Assembly: GCA_021161865.1 (NCBI GenBank)
Contig: JAGGZU010000015.1
Location: forward strand, 1-36,977
DNA: 36,977 nucleotides
Reading direction: 5' to 3'
From: Thermoplasmata archaeon
Lineage (GTDB): Archaea; Thermoplasmatota; E2; DHVEG-1; B18-G2
Part shown: positions 1-8,142 of the stretch, one piece after another
Position numbering within the stretch: position 1 is the first letter of the stretch
Layout: the number at the start of each line of letters is the position of its first letter
Notes under the pieces: generated by a model
The model's database searches: none
What the model was told of the DNA's origin: nothing
What the model saw: the letters and a program-made list of their open reading frames with translations, nothing else
Made by a program: the position numbers and the translations under genes

Positions 1-431
1 ATGCGACGGTTGTTGAGATAGACTCCCTCACCTTTTTCGGCTATGTATGTATCGCCAGTTGGGATATTCATGACTATACCATACTCAACACTATTCAATG
101 TGTCTTTTCCTACTGCTATAGAAGTGGCGTAGAAAGGTATTCCTCTGACTGCATTTCTTGTACCATCGATTGGATCAATGATAAGTGTATATTCCCCTCC
201 AAAATCAAGAAATCCTGCTTCTTCACTTAGTATATTCACAGCAACTTTTGATTTTCTAACATATTTTATGGCAATATCTTCTGCAATCTTGTCTATGTAC
301 TCAGTTGCTGTACCATCTGCTCCTATACCTATTTTCCTACCTAGATTTATGCCCCCAAACTGTAGTTTTTTTACAGCTCTTGCTATTCCCCTTGCAATTT
401 TCATTGAGAGTTGCTTGATCTCCCTCTCCAT
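1..431 (-). CDS. Inositol monophosphatase / FBPase-superfamily protein, N-terminal 143 codons (C-terminus runs off the left window edge)
   Basis: Open-ended, so absent from the ORF track. Reverse-strand translation from ATG (431-429) gives MEREIKQLSMKIARGIARAVKK...GADGTATEYIDKIAEDIA...LSEEAG...IIDPIDGTRNAVRGIPFYATSIAVG. The EE and DPIDGT metal-binding motifs fit the IMPase superfamily. GGAGGG Shine-Dalgarno lies 3 nt upstream. No stop before position 1. Confidence 0.8.
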   Translation of the reverse strand, partial: MEREIKQLSMKIARGIARAVKKLQFGGINLGRKIGIGADGTATEYIDKIAEDIAIKYVRKSKVAVNILSEEAGFLDFGGEYTLIIDPIDGTRNAVRGIPFYATSIAVGKDTLNSVEYGIVMNIPTGDTYIAEKGEGVYLNNRR

Positions 432-1312
432 TTTCCCTCCCTCTTTTTGTACAGATATTCAACTCCGATTACCATAAACATCCCGATAGATATAGAGAGT
501 ATAGTAGATACTGAAAAAAGGTTTGAGCTGATCAATAATCTATCCAAAGGTCTCTTTAAACCACCTATCATAATACCTATGAGAAATGACAAGGTAACAA
601 ACCTGTATCTCTTTATAAGGAATGAAAGAACATGTGAGAAGGCAATTATGCCTATAATCGCACCCGCTAGATATACGGTAATAGGAATCACGGAAAAACT
701 CTTCAGAGCATTGATCATATAATTATACTGTCCAAGGAGTAACATTATAAAAGCTCCTGAAATTCCGGGGAGAATCATGGCACATATGGATACAATGCCC
801 GATACAAAGATTACAGGTAGAGAATGATTTAGCTGAATCTCTGATAGGCTTAGAAACACATACGCCAAGATAATGCCAAGAGTTAAAGGTATTAGATAAA
901 GCAGATTCCTCTTTTCCATTCTAATATAGAGGATGGCAGCAGAGGCAATTATCAACCCAAGGAAAAAAGAATATACGTAGATATCATAGTTAGCCAGCAT
1001 AAAATGTATAATTTGAGCAAGTATGAGAAAGGCAGTTGCTATGCCAAAAACGAGCGGCAAAAGAAATTTGAAATCTATGGAAAAAAAAGTTTTTTTTGCT
1101 TTCTTTAAATAATCTCTGTTATATAACGCTAAAAATGGATAAACCAAGAAGCGAGGATCGATTGATTTGATGGTAAAGACAAGGTCATCATATATACCTG
1201 TAATAAGAGCAATTGTTCCACCAGATATGCCAGGTATTATGTCTGCACTTCCCATCAATAATCCCTTCAAAAATAGGATTATTGGCTTATCCTTCCCAGT
1301 TGATCCTTTCAT
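401..1312 (-). CDS. DUF368-family polytopic membrane protein (PopT-like candidate polyprenyl-phosphate translocase)
   Basis: 303 aa and very hydrophobic. Two copies of the P-G-I-S-G signature (ADIIPGISGGTIAL; MILPGISGAFIML) match the internally duplicated DUF368 fold. GGGGAGGA SD precedes the ATG. The 3' end overlaps the next gene start by 31 nt. Confidence 0.75.
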   Translation of the reverse strand: MKGSTGKDKPIILFLKGLLMGSADIIPGISGGTIALITGIYDDLVFTIKSIDPRFLVYPFLALYNRDYLKKAKKTFFSIDFKFLLPLVFGIATAFLILAQIIHFMLANYDIYVYSFFLGLIIASAAILYIRMEKRNLLYLIPLTLGIILAYVFLSLSEIQLNHSLPVIFVSGIVSICAMILPGISGAFIMLLLGQYNYMINALKSFSVIPITVYLAGAIIGIIAFSHVLSFLIKRYRFVTLSFLIGIMIGGLKRPLDRLLISSNLFSVSTILSISIGMFMVIGVEYLYKKREGKWRGRSSNSQ

Positions 1313-1322
1313 TTCCTCCCCG

Positions 1323-2633
1323 CTATGGACTCTCCTTACTTAAACCTTCAGATTCCACAAATCTTCCAAATCCTCTCTCCCCAACAAGTTCTCTACTCTC
1401 TATGATTCTTTCTCCTCTAACGAAAACATCCTTTGGAAACACCGCTGGAAAACCTTCAAACGGCGTCCACCCGCATCTTGAATGCAACTCCTCGGATTTT
1501 ATACTAATAATACTTTTCAAGTCGACCACTATGAAGTCAGCGTCTCTACCTTGCTCTATCTTCCCCTTGTTTATCCCAAAGGTTTCCGCGGGTTTCTCAC
1601 AGGCTAAGGATATTAGTCTGCTGAGGGGTATGTCGCGTTTTATGAACTGGTAGAGCATCAGGGGCAGCATTGTTTCTGTTCCAGGTATGCCACTTGGCGC
1701 CTTTTCAAACTCCTGCTCCTTTTCCTCGACGGTATGAGGAGCATGATCGGATTCTAAAACATCTATGGTTCCTTTGATAATGGCGTCCCAGAGTGAATCC
1801 CTGTCAACTGGGCTACGTAGGGGTGGGTTAACCTTATAGTATGTTTCTTTAAACGTTAAATTATCCTTAGATGTAAGCAGTAGGTGATGAGGTGTTACAC
1901 CAACTGTAACCCACTCTGGTTTGTTTGTGAGGTCGCTCATGGTTGCAGCAGATGATACATGACAGATGTGTACCCTATGATTTGTTGATGTGGAGAAAAC
2001 CCTTAGTATTTCCTTCACAGCTTTCTTTTCACATTCACCCGGCCTGCTTATAGCATGGTCTCTGAGGTTGTTTTCTTTAATCCTGTTCATGGAAAGACAT
2101 TTTTCGTCTTCAGCATGAAAGGCAAAAACCTTCTCAAGGGTTTTAGAAGCAAGAACATTGAGTAAATCCATGTTGAAGGCTTCGGTATTTGTGCTTCCCC
2201 CAAGGTACACTTTGAACGCAGAGGCTACCTTTGATATATCACAGAGTTGTTCAAGGTTTTCCTTTGTAACGCCTGCGTAGATGCCGAAGTCTATGTATGC
2301 TTTACGTTCAGCAATTGAAATCTTGTCTCTGCATGACGCTGATGTTGTTGTTGGTGGTTTAGTATTTGGCATATCAAGAACACAGGATACTCCTCCAAAT
2401 GCTGCAGCTTTTGTACCTGTGGAAAAATCCTCTTTTTGAGGGAAACCTGGTTCTCTGAAATGCACATGCACATCAATAGCCGCAGGGAGTATCAAACCCT
2501 TTTTGAACCTTATGGTTTCTTCTCCTTTCAACACCTTTTTAACAGCAACTATCCTTTCCTCTTCTACACCAATGCAGCATTCTATAAATGCACCGTCGAC
2601 GTACGCTTTTCCCTCAATTACCTTCTCTATCAA
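1323..2633 (-). CDS. pyrC: Dihydroorotase (cyclic amidohydrolase family)
   Basis: 436 aa. HxH metal motif AIDVHVHFREPG, plus DMPNTKP and downstream His/Asp (HAEDE, VHICHVS, ESDHAPH), typical of dihydroorotase/allantoinase-type amidohydrolases. Confidence 0.8.
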   Translation of the reverse strand: MIEKVIEGKAYVDGAFIECCIGVEEERIVAVKKVLKGEETIRFKKGLILPAAIDVHVHFREPGFPQKEDFSTGTKAAAFGGVSCVLDMPNTKPPTTTSASCRDKISIAERKAYIDFGIYAGVTKENLEQLCDISKVASAFKVYLGGSTNTEAFNMDLLNVLASKTLEKVFAFHAEDEKCLSMNRIKENNLRDHAISRPGECEKKAVKEILRVFSTSTNHRVHICHVSSAATMSDLTNKPEWVTVGVTPHHLLLTSKDNLTFKETYYKVNPPLRSPVDRDSLWDAIIKGTIDVLESDHAPHTVEEKEQEFEKAPSGIPGTETMLPLMLYQFIKRDIPLSRLISLACEKPAETFGINKGKIEQGRDADFIVVDLKSIISIKSEELHSRCGWTPFEGFPAVFPKDVFVRGERIIESRELVGERGFGRFVESEGLSKESP

Positions 2634-3222
2634 TACGCCTCTCCTCTACATCTCCATAGGGCTTCTTTTCAGCAAATATTTGACCGGAGAACTTGTACAT
2701 CTTGGTGTCTTTATCAAACCAAGCATCAGGTGGTAAACCTGCTTTCATGCAGGTTTGTGATAGAAACTCCTCTGTATCCCAGTTGTATTCAACTGGAACC
2801 TGTGGAAGCAGTAAACCCCGGAAAAACCCTTGTTCAGCTATAAGACCATCTCTACCAACAACGATCTTTGATAAATATTCCCGGGGGTTTTTAACATTGA
2901 TTAGCTCAGGTTTTGTGAGAATAGTTACCTCAACTATGATTGTATTGAGTTCTCTTTTATCAACTGGTGGAAACCTCGGGTCTCTTGTTGCGGAACTCGC
3001 TGCTTCTTTGATAGCATCCTTTAAACGCATTATCGGCTCAGGTATACCTATACATCCCCTTAAATCACGGCGGGGAAATGTTAGAAGTGTGACAAATGCA
3101 CCGTTTTTTTGTTTGAATTTTTCGCTGAGTTTAACCTCAGGAACAGGTTGATGTTTAACGGTAGCGTCCACTACAGTTCTTGCAAACCTAACAGCCTCTA
3201 CTCCCTCCTCAAACGACAGCAT
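2614..3222 (-). CDS. AMMECR1-domain protein
   Basis: 202 aa. GAFVTL...LRGCIG motif diagnostic of AMMECR1. Overlaps the pyrC start by 20 nt, consistent with an operon. Confidence 0.8.
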   Translation of the reverse strand: MLSFEEGVEAVRFARTVVDATVKHQPVPEVKLSEKFKQKNGAFVTLLTFPRRDLRGCIGIPEPIMRLKDAIKEAASSATRDPRFPPVDKRELNTIIVEVTILTKPELINVKNPREYLSKIVVGRDGLIAEQGFFRGLLLPQVPVEYNWDTEEFLSQTCMKAGLPPDAWFDKDTKMYKFSGQIFAEKKPYGDVEERRIDREGN

Positions 3223-3270
3223 CTTGGTAGGGTAATTGGTTTATTGTTAAAAAACTTTGAGAGGGTTTTT

Positions 3271-6200
3271 TTAACCCTCCTCTTTTGTTAGCAGTATATT
3301 GAAGTTTTTCACTGGATCCTGCCCTATTGACAATGACAGAGTACCCTTGTATTCGTATTTTGTTGTCTTATTTGTCTCTATGTTTGTAACCATTACACTT
3401 GCTGACACATTGTAAACCCCTGGTTTCAAATCAACTGTGTAGTAACCAGTGCTTTCATTTGATGTAGCCGTTGCAAACTCAGCGGTGTTGTTTTTCACGA
3501 CAGCTGGTGAGAATTCTATGGTCACATTCCAAAGTGGTGCACCATTCTCCTGTTTCTTTGTGTAACCAGATACAGGTATTGGTGTAAGTGACAGGAAGAT
3601 ATTCTTTGTTAGTGTTTCATTTGCTTTAAGTGTTACATCCTCGCTTGCCTCATATGCTACTCTGCCATTTGTTGTGTTTAATATCGTAGCGTTTATCCTA
3701 TAGTCTCCAGGCACAAGGTTGTTAAACCTGTAGTAACCGGTTGAGTTTGTGATTGAGGAATCTATAACTGCACCGGTTTTTGAGTAGATGAGCTGTACAT
3801 CCGCGTTTTTCATCTCCTCGCCTGAATCATACTCTCTGTTGTTGTTGGCATCATAGAATATTATACCCTCAACGCTGGATGGCTTGGGTTTAGTTACGTT
3901 GTAGGTGTTTTCATCTGGTTTGAGGAAAAGACTCTCGTTTTTGTATATCTCAAATCCATCTAAGGTTGCGGTCAGCTTGTATATACTTGGGAAAAGGTTT
4001 GACAGGTGGTAGTACCCGGTTTCGTTAGAGGTGGCTACGTATGTTCCTTGGTTAACTTGATCCTCAAGTTTGATCTGCACATTTGCTAATGGGGTATCTA
4101 TGTTTTTATCAAAGCTTCCATTGTCGTTGATGTCGTCGAAGACGTAACCCGATAGTGAGGAGCTGTTGACGTTTATGTGTAGAAAACGGGTGTAGTTGAC
4201 CCCAGGTCTTCTGGTGGCTTCATCCTCTGTTATAGGGTAGTAATCTGGGTCTGTTGTGCTGTTGAAGACTATATCCTTGATCACGTACTCGTTTCTTCCA
4301 TGTACTAAGTAAAGATGAAGAGTTACGTTTCCAGCAGGGGCAAGCAGGCTGAAACTGCCGTTTTCATCTGTTGCTGTGAGATCATGTTTTATTGCAACGC
4401 TTGTTCCATCTGGTGTTTTCTCAATCGCTGCTGCAGACAGCATAGGTTTGTCCATACATCTAAGAGTGCAGTTCAACCTCGCTCCCTCATAGTATTTTGC
4501 GATAACCACTGCCGGCATCCCAAGGCATTCACTGGCTCTATTAAAGTAAAGCGGTTTCTCATTGGTTACTGGTGAGATGTACTCTGCAACAAAGTGTTTT
4601 AAACCCTGCGTTGGGCCATACAGGTTGTTGAGCAGCAGGAGTTGGAAGAAGTAGCCTGTGGAGGTATACTTCTGATAGTCATCTTTTCCAACTGTTCCAA
4701 CATAGGTTTTATACACCATTGAGTTGAAAAATGGGTCTTTTTTCTCAACATATGGTTTAAGCTGGAGATCATATATCTCCTGTTGAGTCATCTTTTTACT
4801 AAGGTTTTTAACCTCATCTATTGTATACGTTTTATCGTTTTTATCCTTGTACATTAGTTTAAAGTAGTCATCTTCTGTGGTTTCGTAGTTGAAAACACCT
4901 TTGTCTGCGAGAAATGTGAAGACGTTGAAGATGTTGACGTCATACCCTTCAACCGCGTAGTAACGTATACTTTTACCGGTCTCAAGTTGAAGGTCCCGGT
5001 ACAGCATTGTTATACCTTCATCATCAAGATGATCCGTTAGGAATTTGGTTGCATCATGGTACATCGCGTTGTCTTTTCTAACCTTGTATTTTTTTCCACC
5101 ATACTCTTTACCTATTACTGTATCATAGGAGGAGTTTTGATGGTGGATTGGGTCCTCAAGTATTTGGATTAGGGCTGTGCTGTTGTTACCTAGATGGCTT
5201 GTGAAAACCTGTTTCACACCCTGTGAGAGTTTTCCGTCATGTCTATGCATATCGCCTTCTGCAAGCCTAACTATAAGGACAGCAACAGCCTCCTGTTCAC
5301 TCTGCGAGGTGTGGAAGTTTGCAGCAGGTGGTATGCCATCCTGGAAGTTATCAGCCACCGTGGGGTTGTCTCCAGCTGAGACACAGTAAAACCCGTAGTC
5401 CCACCAGGATATGACAGCTGGTTTATCGGTTTCGTTTTCTATGTTTTTGTTTTGTTGTTTAAGCCAGTCGAAGGCGTCAGTCCAGTACTGCTCAGTGTGT
5501 AAATCTAAACCGAAGGCTCCTCTGTAGTCTTTGCTAAAAATCTTTCCTTTCTCAGATGGGGGCACCGCAGCATCGAAGGAAAGAAAAGCATTGGGTATAA
5601 GTATGAGGAAGGCAACGAAGAGTATACCAAAAACATGTGACAGTTTCACTGCACGTTTTATTCCTCTGAGTGTTCCTATGTTTTTTATGCTTTTTATCAT
5701 CTGCTTGTAGTTGAACTTTGAAAGCATGAACCATACCAGTGCACCTGAGAGGAGAGCCACGAGAGGTACGAGATCATTTATGAAACGACCCGCTGAGGCT
5801 GTGAGATACGATTCTAGTAGGAACCATAGTGTGATGAACACCGCGGCAGGCTCCTGTTTATGTAGCACTCTTTTCCATATGAGAAGGTAAATTAAACTTA
5901 GCCATGCCATCAGGTAGAGTGCTGGGCCAAAGGACATTATCGTTCTGCTTATGCCGAATGTTGAAGCCTCTGCGATGGTTAATGAAACTTTGGTATGGTA
6001 CACTCCTCCAAAGATTGTTGTTGACAAAGAGGCTAATGGTGTAAGAAGTGGGTTGGTTGTGGTTCTGATCATGTAGAGGAAGATTAATGCCCCAGCTCCA
6101 ACGCCAAATATTGCAGGCAGAGAGATTATCCATGGTACCTTCGCTTTTCCCAGTCCAAGGTATATTAATCCAAACACTGTGACACCGGCTACAATGTAAA

Positions 6201-7140
6201 ATGGTAGGATTGGTTTGAAACCAAATTTTATGTAATACAAGGGAAATGTGATTAAGTAGCCAGTTAGAAGGGGTGTTACTGTTGAGATAAAGGTGTGTTT
6301 GTTTATTTTTGAGGTCGCAATGTCTATAATCATTTGCACTATGGCGTAGAGTGAGATGACCGCGTAAATGTACTGAGCTGAGACCCATGTTAATGACACT
6401 CCTGCAACGAAAACACCTGAAAACATTGCATATAGCAGTTTTCTCTTGGTGTCTTCTTCTTTAAGGCTGAATATTAGAAACATGAAGGCTGTGGTTGTAA
6501 GCAATAGGATAAATGAGTCGTGGTCGTACAGTGAGTAAGCAGCTCCATGACCTGAACCGATGTGAACAGGAATAAGAGGTACAAGAAAAGCCGCAATTAA
6601 TCCTACTTTACGGTTAAACAATCTTTTTCCAATGAAATAAACTGGGATAACAAGTAATGCACCATATAATGCTGGGAGAAACTGCATAGAATAACCTAAT
6701 GCATCATCGGAGCTCATGAACGGAACCAGAAGTCTTGATACTCCTATGGTTAACATGTTGAAAAGCGGTGGTCTACCACCAGAGCTACCAATCGGGTAGT
6801 TTAGCAGTGGATCCAAACCACCATACAACCCACCAAGATATGGGTAACGGCCGGTTTCTACAGTTTTTTCTATCAACCTGGCGTTGTAGTAAGGGTCTGG
6901 ACCAGAGAGATAGAATTTATCAGTCAGTGAGTTTCCGCTGCCAAATGCTATACCTGATGTGAAGTTGAAGTAGCTCGTCAGAAACATCACTATAAGTATG
7001 ATGGCTCCAAGAAACAAAGCGGTTTGCCATTCTTTTTTCAGCCGTGGAGGTTTTTCACTGTAACTCAAACCGCTTCTTCTACTGGTTTTACTATTCTCAA
7101 TCTTTTGTGTTTGCATTCTCCTCTGTGCACGTTTTCTCAT
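3271..7140 (-). CDS. aglB: Archaeal oligosaccharyltransferase AglB (STT3 family) with a C-terminal array of four SdrD-B / CarboxypepD_reg-like beta-sandwich domains
   Basis: 1289 aa with a polytopic N-terminal half. Motifs: GPDPYYN (EL1 Asp), LYDHDSF (DxD), LTIAEAS (TIXE), ISWWDYGF (WWDYG; nt 5392-5406). C-terminal ~400 aa (nt ~3271-4480) carries repeats such as GYVFDDINDNGSFDKNIDTPLANVQIKL...TSNETGYYHLSNLFPSIYKL and GIIFYDANNNREYDSGEEMKNADVQLIY...TNSTGYYRFNNLVPGDYRI. Confidence 0.9.
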   Translation of the reverse strand: MRKRAQRRMQTQKIENSKTSRRSGLSYSEKPPRLKKEWQTALFLGAIILIVMFLTSYFNFTSGIAFGSGNSLTDKFYLSGPDPYYNARLIEKTVETGRYPYLGGLYGGLDPLLNYPIGSSGGRPPLFNMLTIGVSRLLVPFMSSDDALGYSMQFLPALYGALLVIPVYFIGKRLFNRKVGLIAAFLVPLIPVHIGSGHGAAYSLYDHDSFILLLTTTAFMFLIFSLKEEDTKRKLLYAMFSGVFVAGVSLTWVSAQYIYAVISLYAIVQMIIDIATSKINKHTFISTVTPLLTGYLITFPLYYIKFGFKPILPFYIVAGVTVFGLIYLGLGKAKVPWIISLPAIFGVGAGALIFLYMIRTTTNPLLTPLASLSTTIFGGVYHTKVSLTIAEASTFGISRTIMSFGPALYLMAWLSLIYLLIWKRVLHKQEPAAVFITLWFLLESYLTASAGRFINDLVPLVALLSGALVWFMLSKFNYKQMIKSIKNIGTLRGIKRAVKLSHVFGILFVAFLILIPNAFLSFDAAVPPSEKGKIFSKDYRGAFGLDLHTEQYWTDAFDWLKQQNKNIENETDKPAVISWWDYGFYCVSAGDNPTVADNFQDGIPPAANFHTSQSEQEAVAVLIVRLAEGDMHRHDGKLSQGVKQVFTSHLGNNSTALIQILEDPIHHQNSSYDTVIGKEYGGKKYKVRKDNAMYHDATKFLTDHLDDEGITMLYRDLQLETGKSIRYYAVEGYDVNIFNVFTFLADKGVFNYETTEDDYFKLMYKDKNDKTYTIDEVKNLSKKMTQQEIYDLQLKPYVEKKDPFFNSMVYKTYVGTVGKDDYQKYTSTGYFFQLLLLNNLYGPTQGLKHFVAEYISPVTNEKPLYFNRASECLGMPAVVIAKYYEGARLNCTLRCMDKPMLSAAAIEKTPDGTSVAIKHDLTATDENGSFSLLAPAGNVTLHLYLVHGRNEYVIKDIVFNSTTDPDYYPITEDEATRRPGVNYTRFLHINVNSSSLSGYVFDDINDNGSFDKNIDTPLANVQIKLEDQVNQGTYVATSNETGYYHLSNLFPSIYKLTATLDGFEIYKNESLFLKPDENTYNVTKPKPSSVEGIIFYDANNNREYDSGEEMKNADVQLIYSKTGAVIDSSITNSTGYYRFNNLVPGDYRINATILNTTNGRVAYEASEDVTLKANETLTKNIFLSLTPIPVSGYTKKQENGAPLWNVTIEFSPAVVKNNTAEFATATSNESTGYYTVDLKPGVYNVSASVMVTNIETNKTTKYEYKGTLSLSIGQDPVKNFNILLTKEEG

Positions 7141-7177
7141 AAGATCACCAGAATGTTACAACCGTAAATCTATTTTC

Positions 7178-7187
7178 TTATAAATAC
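7178..7187 (-). promoter_or_regulatory. Candidate TATA box for aglB
   Basis: Reverse strand reads TATTTATAAG, centred ~42 nt upstream of ATG 7140. A GGTGA SD-like element sits at -9 to -5. Confidence 0.4.
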
Positions 7188-7197
7188 CTTACTTACA

Positions 7198-8058
7198 TTA
7201 TTCTAGTAGTTGTTTTTTCAGCACAGGAGCTATAACAGGTGCAACCTTTATTTTACTGAAACCCGTGATAATGGTGTCTGTAGCGAGTATCTCCTTTGCT
7301 GAACCAAGTTTCTCTGCAGCGTTTCCAACAAAAAGCCCGTGGGTGCAGGCGACATAAACCTCTTCTGCACCTTGTTTTTTCATCTCATTCACCGCCTTTG
7401 CCATTGTTCCACCTGTTGATATTATGTCATCGATTATTGCAACGGTTTTACCGTTGACATCGAGTTTTTTTGTTTTTATCTCTATGGTTTTGTCATCAAT
7501 CCTTTTTTTCTCAAGAAAATCATGTTCACAACCGATTATTTCAGCTGCTTTTTCTGCTCTACCTGCAGCACCTTTGTCTGGAGCAAGCACGATTTCAACC
7601 TTTTTTTCTTTTAAATGTTTGGCGATTTCCGGTACAGCAGAACAGTTGTACGCTGGGATGTCGAAGAAATCAAGTATGTAGTCTTTGTGTGGATCCACCG
7701 TTACAACCCCGTTTGCATTCATACCCAAGTGTTTAGCCATCGCCTTTGCACTAACCGGTTCACCCTCTTGGAACTTCCTGTCTTGACGAGCATAGCCATA
7801 GTAGGGTATAACAAGGAACACGGTTTTCGCGTTTGCCTCTACAGCAGCATCCTGCAGAAGAAGCATTTCTATGATGTTGCGGTCAGGGTAGGTTGTTTGC
7901 ACTATAACCACATCTTCGCCATTTACATCATCGTTTATTTTCACGTAGCATTCGTTGTCGATAAACCGTTTGATTGTAACGTCAGCAAGCGGTTGATCAA
8001 GTATTTTTGAAAGGTCTTCTGCTATGTTTTTTGATGCACTTCCCCCAATTATGTACAT
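7198..8058 (-). CDS. prs: Ribose-phosphate pyrophosphokinase (PRPP synthetase)
   Basis: 286 aa. PRPP-binding loop VAIIDDIISTGGT, YARQDRK and TVDPH motifs. Confidence 0.9.
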   Translation of the reverse strand: MYIIGGSASKNIAEDLSKILDQPLADVTIKRFIDNECYVKINDDVNGEDVVIVQTTYPDRNIIEMLLLQDAAVEANAKTVFLVIPYYGYARQDRKFQEGEPVSAKAMAKHLGMNANGVVTVDPHKDYILDFFDIPAYNCSAVPEIAKHLKEKKVEIVLAPDKGAAGRAEKAAEIIGCEHDFLEKKRIDDKTIEIKTKKLDVNGKTVAIIDDIISTGGTMAKAVNEMKKQGAEEVYVACTHGLFVGNAAEKLGSAKEILATDTIITGFSKIKVAPVIAPVLKKQLLE

Positions 8059-8110
8059 GAGAGAGTCTACATGGTTATTGTGTTTTTAGCTCTTTTGCTG
8101 ACGGATTATT

Positions 8111-8118
8111 TTTATATA
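8111..8118 (+). promoter_or_regulatory. TATA box (TTTATATA) for the downstream glycoprotein gene
   Basis: Consensus archaeal TATA, centred ~28 nt upstream of ATG 8143. Implies a leaderless or near-leaderless mRNA and argues against the 8071 start in the ORF track. Confidence 0.55.
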
Positions 8119-8142
8119 GGGTTGTCGCCTTTAAGCTGTTTG

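Noticed and set aside
5858-6388. 176-aa same-strand alternative-frame ORF and other small ORFs within aglB (4315-4575, 5177-5389, 5552-5734, 6768-6962)
   Set aside because: They are entirely nested in the STT3 reading frame, whose motifs (DxD, TIXE, WWDYG) are contiguous. None has an SD or promoter signal.
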